Below, one piece after another: positions 51,032 to 61,899 of a stretch of 64,000 nucleotides of DNA (positions are counted from its first letter, which is position 1; each line of letters starts with the position of its first letter). Made by a program: the position numbers and the translations under genes. The stretch lies in the IMG/VR virus record IMGVR_UViG_3300033153_015063, positions 1 through 64,000 of that record; one strand, given 5' to 3'. A model generated the notes under the pieces. The model saw nothing but the letters and a program-made list of their open reading frames with translations. It ran no database searches and was not told the DNA's origin.

Positions 51032-51622
51032 CTACCCGCCAGGTAACTTTGGGACCTTCGTCGGTCTCGTCAACCTCAGATTACTGTTGGTAGTTCGTAA
51101 CAGGATGGCGAAGTAACTTTCGTCCTCATCAAACTCGACTGACACGACGGCCATCTTCTCTCGATACCCAGCCCTTATGACAATCGGGGTTATAAAAGGG
51201 CCTTTCATCTTCATCAACATAGCAATGAAAAAAAGTGGGACTTTCTGATTATCCACTGATGGTACTACTTCGAAATATTCATCAAAAACGAAATCATCTT
51301 TGTCTTTTTCAGGTATTTGTTCACGTAATTCGAGATATCGTGTTCTCTCAACTTTATCAATACGATTACCAGTTCTTTCATCTATAGCGTAGACCTCTTC
51401 ACGTTTGTAGTTCAGACCGTCGGAATTTGTCAACTCTTTTTTCTCATCATAATCGTAGATAGGAAAATTTTCATTATCATACATCTGTTGCCGATAGGAT
51501 ACCTCTTCTTGGCTTTTCTTCGATAATAATTTTATCTTTGGCACGTGCATGAGTTCCTTCTTTTCAAGTGGAAGTAACTTGACCCTGGCGGAGAAGTGTT
51601 CAGTCTGGAAAGTAATCTCCAT
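51032..51622 (-). CDS. Ku-like DNA end-binding protein (putative)
   Basis: ITF...VKL, LELREQIP...FDEYFEVVP, IVIRAGYREKMAVV follow prokaryotic Ku core pattern. Confidence 0.5.
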   Translation of the reverse strand: MEITFQTEHFSARVKLLPLEKKELMHVPKIKLLSKKSQEEVSYRQQMYDNENFPIYDYDEKKELTNSDGLNYKREEVYAIDERTGNRIDKVERTRYLELREQIPEKDKDDFVFDEYFEVVPSVDNQKVPLFFIAMLMKMKGPFITPIVIRAGYREKMAVVSVEFDEDESYFAILLRTTNSNLRLTRPTKVPKLPGG

Positions 51623-51823
51623 ACCAACAAGAAACCTAACCATCTTTATAAAGATTCTTCATCTTTTCTCCGCTTCGAGCTCCGCAACCCGTGTGTTCAA
51701 TCGAGTGATGTGGTCAGTAACCAGTTACTTCTCTGTCAACCACTCACACCAAATGCAACGTTCGGAAGAGACACAGACTACGAACTCTTTAAATACATCC
51801 CATACTATTCCTTGGTCAATACT

Positions 51824-53297
51824 ATGACCATAGTCGAAATCCCCCCAGGTTCAGGGAATAAATACAGGTACGTTTACGAACAATCAAGTCAGGACACTGT
51901 CTACAAGGGGCCAGTAGGCCAGGCCCCGGAACTGGGAGACCTATGTAGTTGGTGGTGCGGTCCGGGACCTCGTGATGGGTCGGGAACCGAAGGACTACGA
52001 TATTGCAACATCAGCTACTCCCGGAGAGATAAAGGACATCTTCGGAGACGAAGTGGCCAAGACAATCGGTGGTGACGTTCACGGGACTGTCCTTATCAAA
52101 GACCCCCGTCGGGGAGGACGAGAACCGATGGAGGTTACGACGTTCAGAAAAGAAACCTATGGTGAGGCGGGCCGAGGTAGAAGGCCCACAGATGTAGAGT
52201 GGACCCGTTCGCTTGAAGAGGATCTCGGGCGTCGGGATTTTACTATCAACGCCATGGCCATGAAGACCGATGGAACTGTCATAGACCCCTACAACGGTAT
52301 TTCTGACATCAAAGCAGGTGTTATCCGGGCGGTGGGGAACCCAGACCTACGTTTCGATGAAGACCGTCTCAGGATGCTTCGGGCTGTCCGTTTCGCCAGC
52401 AGGTTTGGGTTCGATATCGAATCGGGCACAAAAAATTCGATCCAGAGAAACAAAGACAGCATCAACGAGTTACGGGCTGACGGACAACGTGTTGTGTCAT
52501 GGGAACGTATCAGAGGTGAGTATGACAAGGGTTTCTCACAACAGATGTTTGAGGCTGCCGCTGAGGTAGGGTTACTCGATGAAACCATACCAGAGGTCGC
52601 TGACCTGATTGGCTTTGAACAACGGAACCCCTGGCACTATGGCGACGTCTACGCACATACGATGGATGTGGTCAATGAGGGTATGAAGATGGAAGCACCG
52701 AAGGAGGTTAGGTGGGCATCTCTTCTCCATGATGTTGGTAAGATACAAACACGAACCATCGAAGAAAAGGAAGGCCAACAGATACATCGCTTCTTTGGGC
52801 ACGACAAGGTATCGGCTACGATGTCAGACGAGATACTGACCAAACTCAAATTCCCCAATGATGAGAAGGAATACATCAAGCTTCTGGTCTCGAAGCACAT
52901 GGTTCAACTGCCAGACGTCGATGACCCAGGTTTTGGTCGGGCGGTGGACCGATGGGAACGGAGGCTACAAGCAAAAGTGAAGAAGAACCCCAACAAATAC
53001 AAACCCAGGGTTGCAGGGGACCTGTTGATGCTTCGTAAGGCCGATGCCCTTGCCCATGTCGGTGGCGTCGAACTGGCTACCAATGTTGATGCGGTCCAGA
53101 GACACCGAGAGAACAGACAACCTGTGGTCGAGGTCAAACCAGTCCTGAGTGGCAAAGACCTGATAAACATGGGCTATGACCCTGGACCCAGGTTCAAGGA
53201 TATATTACAGTCTCTTACAGATTGGGAAGATGACCTTGGTTACAGACCAACGAAAGAGATGGCCCAGACCTTCATTGAAGAGAATTATGGTGAATGA
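51824..53297 (+). CDS. cca: VEIPPGSG module (copy 9) joined out of frame to class II CCA-adding enzyme with HD domain
   Basis: Module from ATG 51824; YVVGGAVRD, DYDIAT, RRDFTINA, EDRLRMLRAVRF, LLHDVGK in the +1 frame from about 51930. Confidence 0.85.
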
Positions 53298-54109
53298 GTA
53301 TGTCCATAGTCGAAATCCCTCCAGGTTCAGGGAATAAATACAGGTATGAGTACAACGCTGAGACCAAGGCTACAATCTACAAGGGGCCGGTCGGCACGGC
53401 CCCTGAGATGGGAGAAGAGGAGTTCATGGCGGCTATGGTGAAAAGCCCTGAAGAACGATATCCCGGTCTCTTCATGGACACAGATAAAGATGGTATCCCG
53501 AACGTCGATGACACTGAGCCACTTGTATATGGTGGTGGTTGGGTCGAAGAGATTTCACTCGCCGAGGAGATGAGAAAGATACTATCTCATAGAGATTCAT
53601 ATGATGAAGATTTACCAAAACTCAAAAGTGAGCTAAGGGGCATATCACCAGATGACGCTGAAATCAAAGGAAGAACAAAAAGTCTTTACTCTATAATAAA
53701 CAAACTACAACGTTCTCATCTCGATAAAATGCATGACATAATGGCCGCCAGAATAGTAGTTAATGATAACAAAGAACTTATGAGAGTGAAAGCGAACGTC
53801 GAGAAAAAATACAACCAAAATGTATTATCAGTCTGGGATTATTATAGTAATCCACTTGGTGGTTATCGTGCCTATCATTATATCATCGAAGGGTCTGACG
53901 GAAAAATGTTCGAGCTACAATTAAAAACAAAGAGATTATCAAGATTGAGCTCATTATCTCACACACCATACAAGAAAGGGGCACTCGACAAAGCGGAGTA
54001 TGGAAGATTGAGTGAACTGGCCGTCAGAGCTGATATGGAAGACAGTGATGCTATGAGTGTATTTGATGGGTACTCAGATGAAGAGTTAATTAATATGATA
54101 GAGAAGTAA
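53294..54109 (+). CDS. VEIPPGSG module (copy 10) fused to RelA/SpoT-type small alarmone synthetase
   Basis: GRTKSLYSIINK, DIMAARIV, DYYSNP.GGYRAYH, ELQLKT; DTDKDGIPNVDD Ca-binding-like linker. Confidence 0.85.
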   Translation: MSMSIVEIPPGSGNKYRYEYNAETKATIYKGPVGTAPEMGEEEFMAAMVKSPEERYPGLFMDTDKDGIPNVDDTEPLVYGGGWVEEISLAEEMRKILSHRDSYDEDLPKLKSELRGISPDDAEIKGRTKSLYSIINKLQRSHLDKMHDIMAARIVVNDNKELMRVKANVEKKYNQNVLSVWDYYSNPLGGYRAYHYIIEGSDGKMFELQLKTKRLSRLSSLSHTPYKKGALDKAEYGRLSELAVRADMEDSDAMSVFDGYSDEELINMIEK

Positions 54110-54185
54110 CCATCCTCCCACCACCTCCCACCTCTCGTTCCCAGTTCCCGAACTCTTTAAATACCCATCAGCTCATCCATAGCCG

Positions 54186-55247
54186 ATGACCACCGTTGAG
54201 ATTCCACCAGGGTCCGGTAACAGATACAGGTACGAGTACGAAAATGGTAAAACTGTGTACAAGGGGCCGGTCGGCAATGCACCTGAGCTGGGAGAGGTTG
54301 AGTTCCTGGAGATGATGGCTGGGGTGGGTATAGAGGACCCTGTAGTTGGTTGCCCTATTCATGGTGACACTGATATCAAAAAAGGTAGGGCAAGGTCAAT
54401 TAAAGAAGCCAAAAAAACATATACTGTAATTCCAGGAAAGAAATGTGGGATTTGTGGTGGTCCAATAGTAGAACTTCGTTCTGCACGTCCTGGTGTTGTA
54501 GTCGAACTTGGAAAGGGTGTTACAGACCCCAACATCAGAGACCTACCATTAAACGAGGACAGTACTGGCGACGAGGCGTATGTCATCGGAAGAGACAGAG
54601 ATACAGTGTATGTTTCCAGGCGTCGTCGTAAAAGTGACGGCTTGATGGAAGAGACCATCTACAGGATATCAGACCCCACAGGAAAACTCAAGTATGAATA
54701 TGGTGTAGGTGAACATGTCCCTTTCGACTACAGAAACCGGTATCAATTCTACTGGCAAAACCCCTGGTCTGGACAACATATTTATTATCCATTCAAAGAT
54801 GAGTTTGGTAGTCGTCGATACTGGATTACCAGTAAAACAACCAAGGAAGAGAAAGAAGTTCGCAATCAGTGGCTGACCACCCAGATGAGAACCGAAGGTT
54901 ACAATGTTATACAGATATGGCCGGACAGGGGACGTATCACAAAAGTGGAGATAAAAGAGTTGAAGAACGTTCTGAGAACAGGAAAGATGCATGGTTTCGA
55001 GTCAGATGAGTTCGATAAGGATTACAACAGGATGTGGGACGTTCTTGGGACCGATAAAGGGAACCGCATCGACAACATGTACAGGCACGTCTCGGACCTG
55101 GAGGGAGAGGATACGTCGAATGTGGTGTTCAGAATCCACTCTTCACAAAAAGAAGAGGCTGGAGAGTTCATGGATGCACCTTATGGATATTTTGAGAAGC
55201 GTTACCAAGATGGGATTTCCAAACCTGCCAGACACCTGGTTTTCTAA
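54186..55247 (+). CDS. VEIPPGSG-module protein, copy 11
   Basis: N-terminal module; CGAACTCTTTAAATAC promoter. Confidence 0.85.
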   Translation: MTTVEIPPGSGNRYRYEYENGKTVYKGPVGNAPELGEVEFLEMMAGVGIEDPVVGCPIHGDTDIKKGRARSIKEAKKTYTVIPGKKCGICGGPIVELRSARPGVVVELGKGVTDPNIRDLPLNEDSTGDEAYVIGRDRDTVYVSRRRRKSDGLMEETIYRISDPTGKLKYEYGVGEHVPFDYRNRYQFYWQNPWSGQHIYYPFKDEFGSRRYWITSKTTKEEKEVRNQWLTTQMRTEGYNVIQIWPDRGRITKVEIKELKNVLRTGKMHGFESDEFDKDYNRMWDVLGTDKGNRIDNMYRHVSDLEGEDTSNVVFRIHSSQKEEAGEFMDAPYGYFEKRYQDGISKPARHLVF

Positions 55248-55323
55248 TATGGTTGTATCACCTACCATCAACTATCAGCTATCAGCCTAATCTTTTTAAA
55301 CTCTCCAAAGGTTTCTGTGTAAG

Positions 55324-56157
55324 ATGGTAGTGAGTGAACGTAAAAACGTTATCTGGTTATCAGATTGCTGGAAGGACGAGTATCCAACCAGGCTAATCGG
55401 TGGTAAGGCGAAGAACCTGGGTATTCTGAAAAGGAACAGGTTCAACTGCCCTGATGGGTTTGTGGTTTCCACCTCAGTACAGGTGAGGTATGATGGGGAG
55501 AGGTTCGCTCATCAGGATCGTCAAGCGATCATGGATGCATATCACTATCTCACTTGCTATGTTGCCGTGAGGTCGTCTGGCGTTAAAGAAGATGGCGACG
55601 AGGAGAGTATGGCGGGGAAGTTCAGCACCTTTGTCTACATCTTCGGAGATACTAACCTACTACTCAATATCAGGAAATGTTATGAATCCGGTCCAGGGAC
55701 GCAGATGGCGGTTGTGGTCCAACGGATGGTGAACCCGGTTTGTGCTGGTGTGATGTTCACAACTTCTCCTTTTTCCTGGGATGATGGCAAAACTCTTATC
55801 GAGGGTTCATGGGGTCTCGGGTCCATCGTTGTGGATGGAATGGTGGTCCCAGATACTTTCAAATGCGATACAACTGGTATGGCAAAAAACGAAAAAGAAC
55901 TTGGTAAAAAGGCGATGAAGAGATTTCTGACAGATAGTAATATTGTAATGGGTTTACCAACAACAGCAGAGGAGCAAGAATCTTTTATACTCACAGATGT
56001 CCAGGTATTTGAATTAAGTAGGATAGGAAAGAACATCGAAAAGGTGTATTCACGTCCTATGGACGTCGAGTGGTTATTGGATGAAGACGGTATGTTCCAT
56101 ATCGTCCAGGCCCGTCCGCTGACAACGATTCTATCGGAATTTTCGATGTCTGGTTGA
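55324..56157 (+). CDS. Stand-alone PEP synthase/PPDK N-terminal ATP-binding domain
   Basis: GGKAKNL, PDGF, AVRSSG, SMAGK, VVQRMV, GLG..VVDG, DVEW, QARP; no His-swivel or pyruvate domain. Confidence 0.85.
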   Translation: MVVSERKNVIWLSDCWKDEYPTRLIGGKAKNLGILKRNRFNCPDGFVVSTSVQVRYDGERFAHQDRQAIMDAYHYLTCYVAVRSSGVKEDGDEESMAGKFSTFVYIFGDTNLLLNIRKCYESGPGTQMAVVVQRMVNPVCAGVMFTTSPFSWDDGKTLIEGSWGLGSIVVDGMVVPDTFKCDTTGMAKNEKELGKKAMKRFLTDSNIVMGLPTTAEEQESFILTDVQVFELSRIGKNIEKVYSRPMDVEWLLDEDGMFHIVQARPLTTILSEFSMSG

Positions 56158-56337
56158 CCAGATAGGTTCAAGGCCAAGGGGAACTCTGATAAATGGCCAC
56201 TCCTTACATTGTTCACAGAGACCTTCTTCGTTTAATATATCCTCAGGGAAGTTGCAGCCCTTACATTTTTTGTAAGTGTGGTTACTGACCATGAAAATAC
56301 TCAAGTGATGGAGAGTTTAAAAAGAGTTTGGTGGGTT

Positions 56338-57057
56338 CTAATCGCTTTTCTCGATGATTAACTGAAGACCATAGTCTCCATCGGCCTCGGAATTTCCAAA
56401 GAAAAATTGTGCTGAGTAACCGTCGGGGACTGAGAACTCTGTGAGATTGTTGAGGCCACCAGCGACTCTGTCCAGCGTCGGTTCGATAAGGTCGCCCCAT
56501 ACTTCAGGGCCGTATTGTACACCATATCCAGGACTCAATCCAGGGCCTTCGATGTAATCTTCTAATTCCTTTTCGGGAAAGAGGCCCTCAAACTCGGAGA
56601 TGACCTCCCCTGGCATATATGTTCCAGCGGAACCTGATGCGACAGTCTCTATCCAGTACTCGGCCCTCCCATCATCGAACTCGTATTCCTCGAAATTGGG
56701 TCCTATGACCTCGTTGAGTGCTGCCTGAGCGGCCATTTCTGCCCGCTTGATGCCATTATGACCATAGGCTTTCAGAGCTGATGCAGCATCTTTGGCCTCT
56801 CCCATGCTGGAGAAATATTCACCGGCCACGAACATGTTGGCAGCGGTCTCGATATCAACATCCTTGGCGATGATGGAGAGTGCTTCCAGGTCAGTCTTCA
56901 CCCTTGGATTCATACCACTCCGCTCCATCATCTCCAGGAACTCCCCCTCCGAAATCTCCGGGGCCGTGCCGACCGGCCCCTTGTACACAGTCTTGCCGCC
57001 TTCGTAGACGTATTTGTAGCGGTTACCTGAACCTGGGGGGATTTCGACGACGGTCAT
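56338..57057 (-). CDS. VEIPPGSG-module protein, copy 12
   Basis: N-terminal module; 5' flank identical to copy 2. Confidence 0.85.
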   Translation of the reverse strand: MTVVEIPPGSGNRYKYVYEGGKTVYKGPVGTAPEISEGEFLEMMERSGMNPRVKTDLEALSIIAKDVDIETAANMFVAGEYFSSMGEAKDAASALKAYGHNGIKRAEMAAQAALNEVIGPNFEEYEFDDGRAEYWIETVASGSAGTYMPGEVISEFEGLFPEKELEDYIEGPGLSPGYGVQYGPEVWGDLIEPTLDRVAGGLNNLTEFSVPDGYSAQFFFGNSEADGDYGLQLIIEKSD

Positions 57058-57121
57058 GGTATCAATGTGGGATGGGCTGAGGAGTATTTAAAGAGTTCGG
57101 AGTAGGAGCGATACATCATCG

Positions 57122-57457
57122 TCACGAACTACGTTCGTCCTCGTCATCATCACCACAGCAATCATCATCGTCGTCTTCGTCTTCGTAGTCATCCTTCGGG
57201 TACTGGATTGAGGTGTCAATGGTAATCTCGTTGACCAACACCTCTGCACACGAAGTTGCCTCTCTCCAGTTCGGAGAAAGAATGTCGAGGATTCTCGCAA
57301 TATGATAAAGCAAAGGTTTGTTTTTGAAATCTTCAGATGTAGCGAGTTTTTCAAGCTCTTCTGGTCCCGGCGAGTCGTACATCAGTTCTTCAAATCCATA
57401 TTCTTGTAGATGCTCGAAGATACACCAACCTTGCTCAAGTGTCAGTTTCTGTTTCAT
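57122..57457 (-). CDS. Acidic hypothetical protein
   Basis: Upstream CTTTTTAAAC box. Confidence 0.55.
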   Translation of the reverse strand: MKQKLTLEQGWCIFEHLQEYGFEELMYDSPGPEELEKLATSEDFKNKPLLYHIARILDILSPNWREATSCAEVLVNEITIDTSIQYPKDDYEDEDDDDDCCGDDDEDERSS

Positions 57458-57501
57458 GTTGAAGTGTAGATGAAGAAGTGTTTAAAAAGATTGTTATTGT
57501 T

Positions 57502-57930
57502 CTATGAAGATGAAAGATGCTCTTTGATAGATTCAACGTGGATTTCTTTTTCCTGAAGGGCCGATAGACGTGGAGGGATACGATAAGCAACCTTAATAGG
57601 TCGAATTTTTTTCAATCGTGTAAAATTCCTTTTGAAGTCGCCCTTGACCAGATCCCCATTTTTATCATACCCCCAGATAAGGAGTTTCGAAGGGTCAGGG
57701 TGCCTGTTCTCCTTATCGACATAGACGATGATTGGGTCGCTCCAGAGGTTCTCCTGATACTCGTATGCCAACAGGGTAGCCTCGCCCCTTCCCTTTCCTA
57801 TAACATTCAAGAACTCCTCTTCTCCCATCTCAGGGGCCGTGCCGACCGGCCCCTTGTACTGTGTCTTGCCGCCTTCATATTCGTAGCGGTATCTATTCCC
57901 TGAACCTGGAGGGATTTCGACGACGGTCAT
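57502..57930 (-). CDS. VEIPPGSG-module protein, copy 13
   Basis: N-terminal module; CGAACTCTTTAAATAC promoter. Confidence 0.85.
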   Translation of the reverse strand: MTVVEIPPGSGNRYRYEYEGGKTQYKGPVGTAPEMGEEEFLNVIGKGRGEATLLAYEYQENLWSDPIIVYVDKENRHPDPSKLLIWGYDKNGDLVKGDFKRNFTRLKKIRPIKVAYRIPPRLSALQEKEIHVESIKEHLSSS

Positions 57931-57976
57931 GGTTGGAGATAACCGGGATGGTATTTAAAGAGTTCGGAAAAGGATG

Positions 57977-60355
57977 TTAGTAGATAGTAAGCCCTTGGAC
58001 CTTTTTCTTCGCAATATATACGTATAGAATTTTTCCATCTACCAACTTCTGGCCACCTCGCTTAATCTCCTCAGCCTTCTTTAACACTACAGATCCATCT
58101 TCTTTAAAGAGATAAACTTCATCGTCGGGTCCTATGCCCCATACCCCGATAAGTTTTTTCTTCTGTGCTTGTGGTACTATTTCAAGTACCTTACCGACCA
58201 ATCCCCTGTTCCTATCTGAAATCTCTTCAATAGGACATTTCCTCCCCCACCCAGTTGTGGAGACCATCAACACCTCTTCACGTTCCGATACAACCGACGC
58301 CCCCCGGCACTCTGTATCAACCTTGATTCCCCTCACACCAACACCATCCCTGTTCGTAGGCCTTATATCTCCAATTGGATAAGATACGTATCTGGCAATT
58401 TCATCAACGTGGATAATCCGTGTATCATCACCTGGGAACCTACCGAATCCATACGACAGATCCGCATCTATAAGGAAATCTCCATATCTGATAGTCAACA
58501 TCTTGGTACTGGCCCGATTGCTGTTCAATGAAGATAACTTGATTGCTTTGACTTTTCCTGATCGTAGAAAGAAATAAACTTTTCTATCATCGAACTCCTC
58601 TATGGCCATAACCTTTCTGAAAATCTCTTCGCCACAAACCTTCAATATCTCATGGAACGGAGTTCCTTTCCCTTTTTCACTCAGAGGTATGTCCCATGCC
58701 TTTACCCGGTGAGCTCTATCATCGGTAAAGAAAAGGATTGTATCGTGAGATGAACACTGTACCATATCCACCAATCCCTTCCCCTGGGTTTTCTTTTTCC
58801 GCCAACTTGACAGATAGTCTTTTTTTATCCCATCAGACGTTAATGATATAATTATATCACGATCTTTTACCATGTCTGATTTTTCCACATCCACCGGTTT
58901 TTTAATCAAACTCGATCTTCTGGACGATGTAAACACGTCCCTCATGTTATTGATTTCATCTACTATAAGCCTCAATATTTTCTTATCATCGGATACTGTA
59001 ATGGAAAGTGCTTTGATATCGACTGAAAGTTCTTTGACCTTCTCCTCCAACTCATCAACCTCGAATCTCGCCAACCTTTTGAGAGACATTTGCATCACGG
59101 CTTTTGCTTGTGTCTCACTGAAACCCATCTCGACCAATGAATAGATCAACTCCTTATCGGTTGTGCAGACCTTCACCTTCTCTATGATGGTGTCGATGAT
59201 AGGAAGTGCCTTCATCAACCCAACCTTGATATTGTAATCATAGGTTTTCTTTTCGAGTTCAAACTCTACCCGACGCTGGACCACCGACATCCTGTGTTCG
59301 ATCCACCGCTGAAACAGGTGGTAAAGAGAGACCTCTATCGGTATCCCACCATCCAGTACAAGGTTGAGATACGAGTACGTCTGGTCAAGTGATGTCCTTT
59401 TCAGTATCTGGTTCCTCACAACCTGAGGTTCGTCTCCCCGTTTGACCTCGATGACTATACGAAGTGTGTCACTACTCTCATCACTGTAATCTGCAATACC
59501 AGAGTTTTTCTCCTCAGCCAACTTCTCCAGTTGCCCGAACAGTTTCTCCTTTGTAAGGTTGTAAGGTAGTTCTGTGATGATGACCCTGTTCTTTTCCGTC
59601 CTGATTTTAGCTCTGACGTGAAACGAACCTCGGCCTGTCTCAAAAATCTTCCGAAAGTCCCCATAGACCTCACCACCTGTAGGAAAATCCGGGCCACGCA
59701 TGAACATCATATAACCATTCACAGCCTCAGAAACCCGCTGTTTTTCGTCGCTCAACGACGCTAGACCATCCATGTTATGGATATGCCAGACCGCTGCGGT
59801 TATCACTTCCTGGATGTTGTGTGGATACATCCTGGTCGCCATCCCAACAGCAATCCCTTCGGTCCCATTGATAATTAGATTAGGAACCATCGCCCCGAGT
59901 ACCGTGGGTTCTTTGAGAGACCCATCAAAGTTAGGAATGAAATCGACGTACTGGTTATCAGTATCTTCGAGTAGGTACAAGGAATATTTTGAAAGGGTAG
60001 CTTCGGTGTATCTCATTGAAGCTGGTGCATCTGGGTCATTGGAACCGAAGTTACCCTGACCTATCACCATAGGCTCCCTGACTTGCCAGTCCTGTGCCAT
60101 CCTCACCATAGTAGAGTAAACGGACTGGTCACCGTGTGGATGCCACTTTCCCATCACATCTCCAACGATACGAGCTGACTTGACAGGTTTTCCGCCCGGT
60201 TTCAGACCCAACTCCATCATCGCCCATAGAATACGCCGTTGGGCCGGTTTCAGCCCATCTCTGACATCTGGTAGGGCCCTGACCAGAGAAATCATCGAGT
60301 AATCAAGTAGGTTCTTTTGGAGAAGGTCGATGATGTCCCTACCATTTATAGACAC
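57977..60355 (-). CDS. gyrA: Type IIA topoisomerase / DNA gyrase subunit A
   Basis: [29 protein letters not shown] catalytic Tyr, GPDFPTGG, C-terminal pinwheel-like repeats. Confidence 0.93.
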   Translation of the reverse strand: MSINGRDIIDLLQKNLLDYSMISLVRALPDVRDGLKPAQRRILWAMMELGLKPGGKPVKSARIVGDVMGKWHPHGDQSVYSTMVRMAQDWQVREPMVIGQGNFGSNDPDAPASMRYTEATLSKYSLYLLEDTDNQYVDFIPNFDGSLKEPTVLGAMVPNLIINGTEGIAVGMATRMYPHNIQEVITAAVWHIHNMDGLASLSDEKQRVSEAVNGYMMFMRGPDFPTGGEVYGDFRKIFETGRGSFHVRAKIRTEKNRVIITELPYNLTKEKLFGQLEKLAEEKNSGIADYSDESSDTLRIVIEVKRGDEPQVVRNQILKRTSLDQTYSYLNLVLDGGIPIEVSLYHLFQRWIEHRMSVVQRRVEFELEKKTYDYNIKVGLMKALPIIDTIIEKVKVCTTDKELIYSLVEMGFSETQAKAVMQMSLKRLARFEVDELEEKVKELSVDIKALSITVSDDKKILRLIVDEINNMRDVFTSSRRSSLIKKPVDVEKSDMVKDRDIIISLTSDGIKKDYLSSWRKKKTQGKGLVDMVQCSSHDTILFFTDDRAHRVKAWDIPLSEKGKGTPFHEILKVCGEEIFRKVMAIEEFDDRKVYFFLRSGKVKAIKLSSLNSNRASTKMLTIRYGDFLIDADLSYGFGRFPGDDTRIIHVDEIARYVSYPIGDIRPTNRDGVGVRGIKVDTECRGASVVSEREEVLMVSTTGWGRKCPIEEISDRNRGLVGKVLEIVPQAQKKKLIGVWGIGPDDEVYLFKEDGSVVLKKAEEIKRGGQKLVDGKILYVYIAKKKVQGLTIY

Positions 60356-60447
60356 AGTAGAAAATCAATGTGCGAGTTTAAAAAGACTATGGACCGGAGA
60401 CCGGATGAGCATCTTTTGGTGCAGCCGGGTAATTGGGCCAGGTGAGT

Positions 60448-60780
60448 TTAAGATAAACATGATCTTCTGGACATTTCTAGTTTGGTGATGATACGTGCGA
60501 TGCTTTTTGCCCGTTCTAGATTCTCTTCTTCAATCTCTTTTTCACTCTCGATTGTGTTCATAATACCCCATAAAACATCGTGGGTAAGCTCGCCACTCTT
60601 GACCATCTCCATCTGTTCGTAACAAATATCCTGAAAGGATGGATTTTCGATTATTATATCTTCATCAAGTGCCCAATCTTCAAGTATATTCAATAGTAGA
60701 CTTTTTTCGGTGTCATCAAGATCTACAGGTATCTTTCTCTGACCCATTTTAGGGGTTGGATTATCTGGTATGGCAGGCAT
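60448..60780 (-). CDS. Hypothetical protein
   Basis: ORF divergent from tRNA. Confidence 0.5.
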   Translation of the reverse strand: MPAIPDNPTPKMGQRKIPVDLDDTEKSLLLNILEDWALDEDIIIENPSFQDICYEQMEMVKSGELTHDVLWGIMNTIESEKEIEEENLERAKSIARIITKLEMSRRSCLS

Positions 60781-60858
60781 TCTAACTTCATCCTTTACGG
60801 TATTTATGGTTCAAGTTGGGAAAAGTATATAAATCTAGATCCAAAGGTAGTAGTGGGA

Positions 60859-60947
60859 CCGGGGGTGGCTGAGTGGCCGAAGGCGAGGGGTTTAAATCCC
60901 ATCGGCGTCGCTGCCCATCGTGGGTTCGAATCCTGCCCCCCGGACCA
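60859..60947 (+). tRNA. tRNA-Leu(UAA), CCA encoded
   Basis: CCGGGGG/CCCCCGG acceptor, GAGTGG D-loop, TAA anticodon, long variable arm, GGTTCGAATCC, discriminator A; TATATAAA upstream. Confidence 0.8.
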
Positions 60948-61005
60948 CCTTTACCTCCCATCCGATTACACTACTTGATGTATAACTCTGTCTGAGTTAT
61001 TAAAG

Positions 61006-61437
61006 TTAATCCATCAAGTAAAGTCTGGACCTGAGGTCATTGACAAACACTTCAGGATTTCTTTCGATGAAAGTGGGCCAATCAGGAGTATCACTACTCT
61101 GGCCGTGACTCATGGCATAGTAGATGGCCTTTCTTCTCTTATCACTGGATGTATCTGGACCGATAATACGGGCAAGTGAGAACAACTCATCCATGGCCAT
61201 CGCTTCAGTTCCCATCCATCTATCAGTTTCGATGACCTGGCCGTTGACGATGTATGGCCTGATATCGTATTGTACCTCAACAACATTCTCGGCTGGAGAG
61301 ATAGTCATGGCGTAGATAAACTCCCCCTCGCTCATCTCAGGAGAATCCCCGACCGGCCCCTTGTAGACCGTAGCTCCCTCTTCATATTCATAGCGGTATC
61401 TGTTACCTGAGCCAGGAGGGATTTCGACGGTGGTCAT
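61006..61437 (-). CDS. VEIPPGSG-module protein, copy 14
   Basis: N-terminal module; 5' flank shared with copy 6. Confidence 0.85.
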   Translation of the reverse strand: MTTVEIPPGSGNRYRYEYEEGATVYKGPVGDSPEMSEGEFIYAMTISPAENVVEVQYDIRPYIVNGQVIETDRWMGTEAMAMDELFSLARIIGPDTSSDKRRKAIYYAMSHGQSSDTPDWPTFIERNPEVFVNDLRSRLYLMD

Positions 61438-61494
61438 CGGAGAGTGATAGGGCCGGAGAGTATAAAAAGATGGTGTTGACTGTTGACTGTTGAC

Positions 61495-61893
61495 CTAAAG
61501 ATCATCAAGCGTCATCGGACGCTCCGGTTCTTCGTCGATCACATCTTTTTCAGTTTTTACTTTTCGTTTCCTGGGTTTCTTTGGCGGTAGTTTCACAGCA
61601 TCAGCGTTGACGATGGCGATGCCTTCCAGACCCAGGTCCTCCTTCACTTTGTAGAGCTCGACGGCACGAACGTGCTTGCACCTGAAATTATCTTCACCAC
61701 GACGTGTCTGTATCTCCCAATCCTTACACTCACAGGACCGTTTATCATCTCCGAAGTAGACGTTGTAGATACTTTCAACCTCCACCCCCTTCTTTAATTT
61801 CCTCGAAGTGACCTTGAAAAGTGGCCCACCAGAGACCAGGCGTTCTACATCCATGTCGAGTGCCTTCAAACTACGCTGGTCAATGCCGGTCAT
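61495..61893 (-). CDS. SWIM zinc-finger protein
   Basis: YNV...CECKDW...CKHVRAV. Confidence 0.75.
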   Translation of the reverse strand: MTGIDQRSLKALDMDVERLVSGGPLFKVTSRKLKKGVEVESIYNVYFGDDKRSCECKDWEIQTRRGEDNFRCKHVRAVELYKVKEDLGLEGIAIVNADAVKLPPKKPRKRKVKTEKDVIDEEPERPMTLDDL

Positions 61894-61899
61894 AGGACC

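Noticed and set aside
53294-53400. Module resembles the family I inorganic pyrophosphatase N-terminus (VEIPxGSxNKYEY)
   Set aside because: No copy has the downstream YG or DxDxxD catalytic motifs; similarity ends after about 15 residues.
60885-60903. Ochre-suppressor (UUA anticodon) reading of the tRNA
   Set aside because: That register breaks two anticodon-stem pairs; the UAA register pairs better and fits the long variable arm and A73. TAA also serves as a normal stop here.
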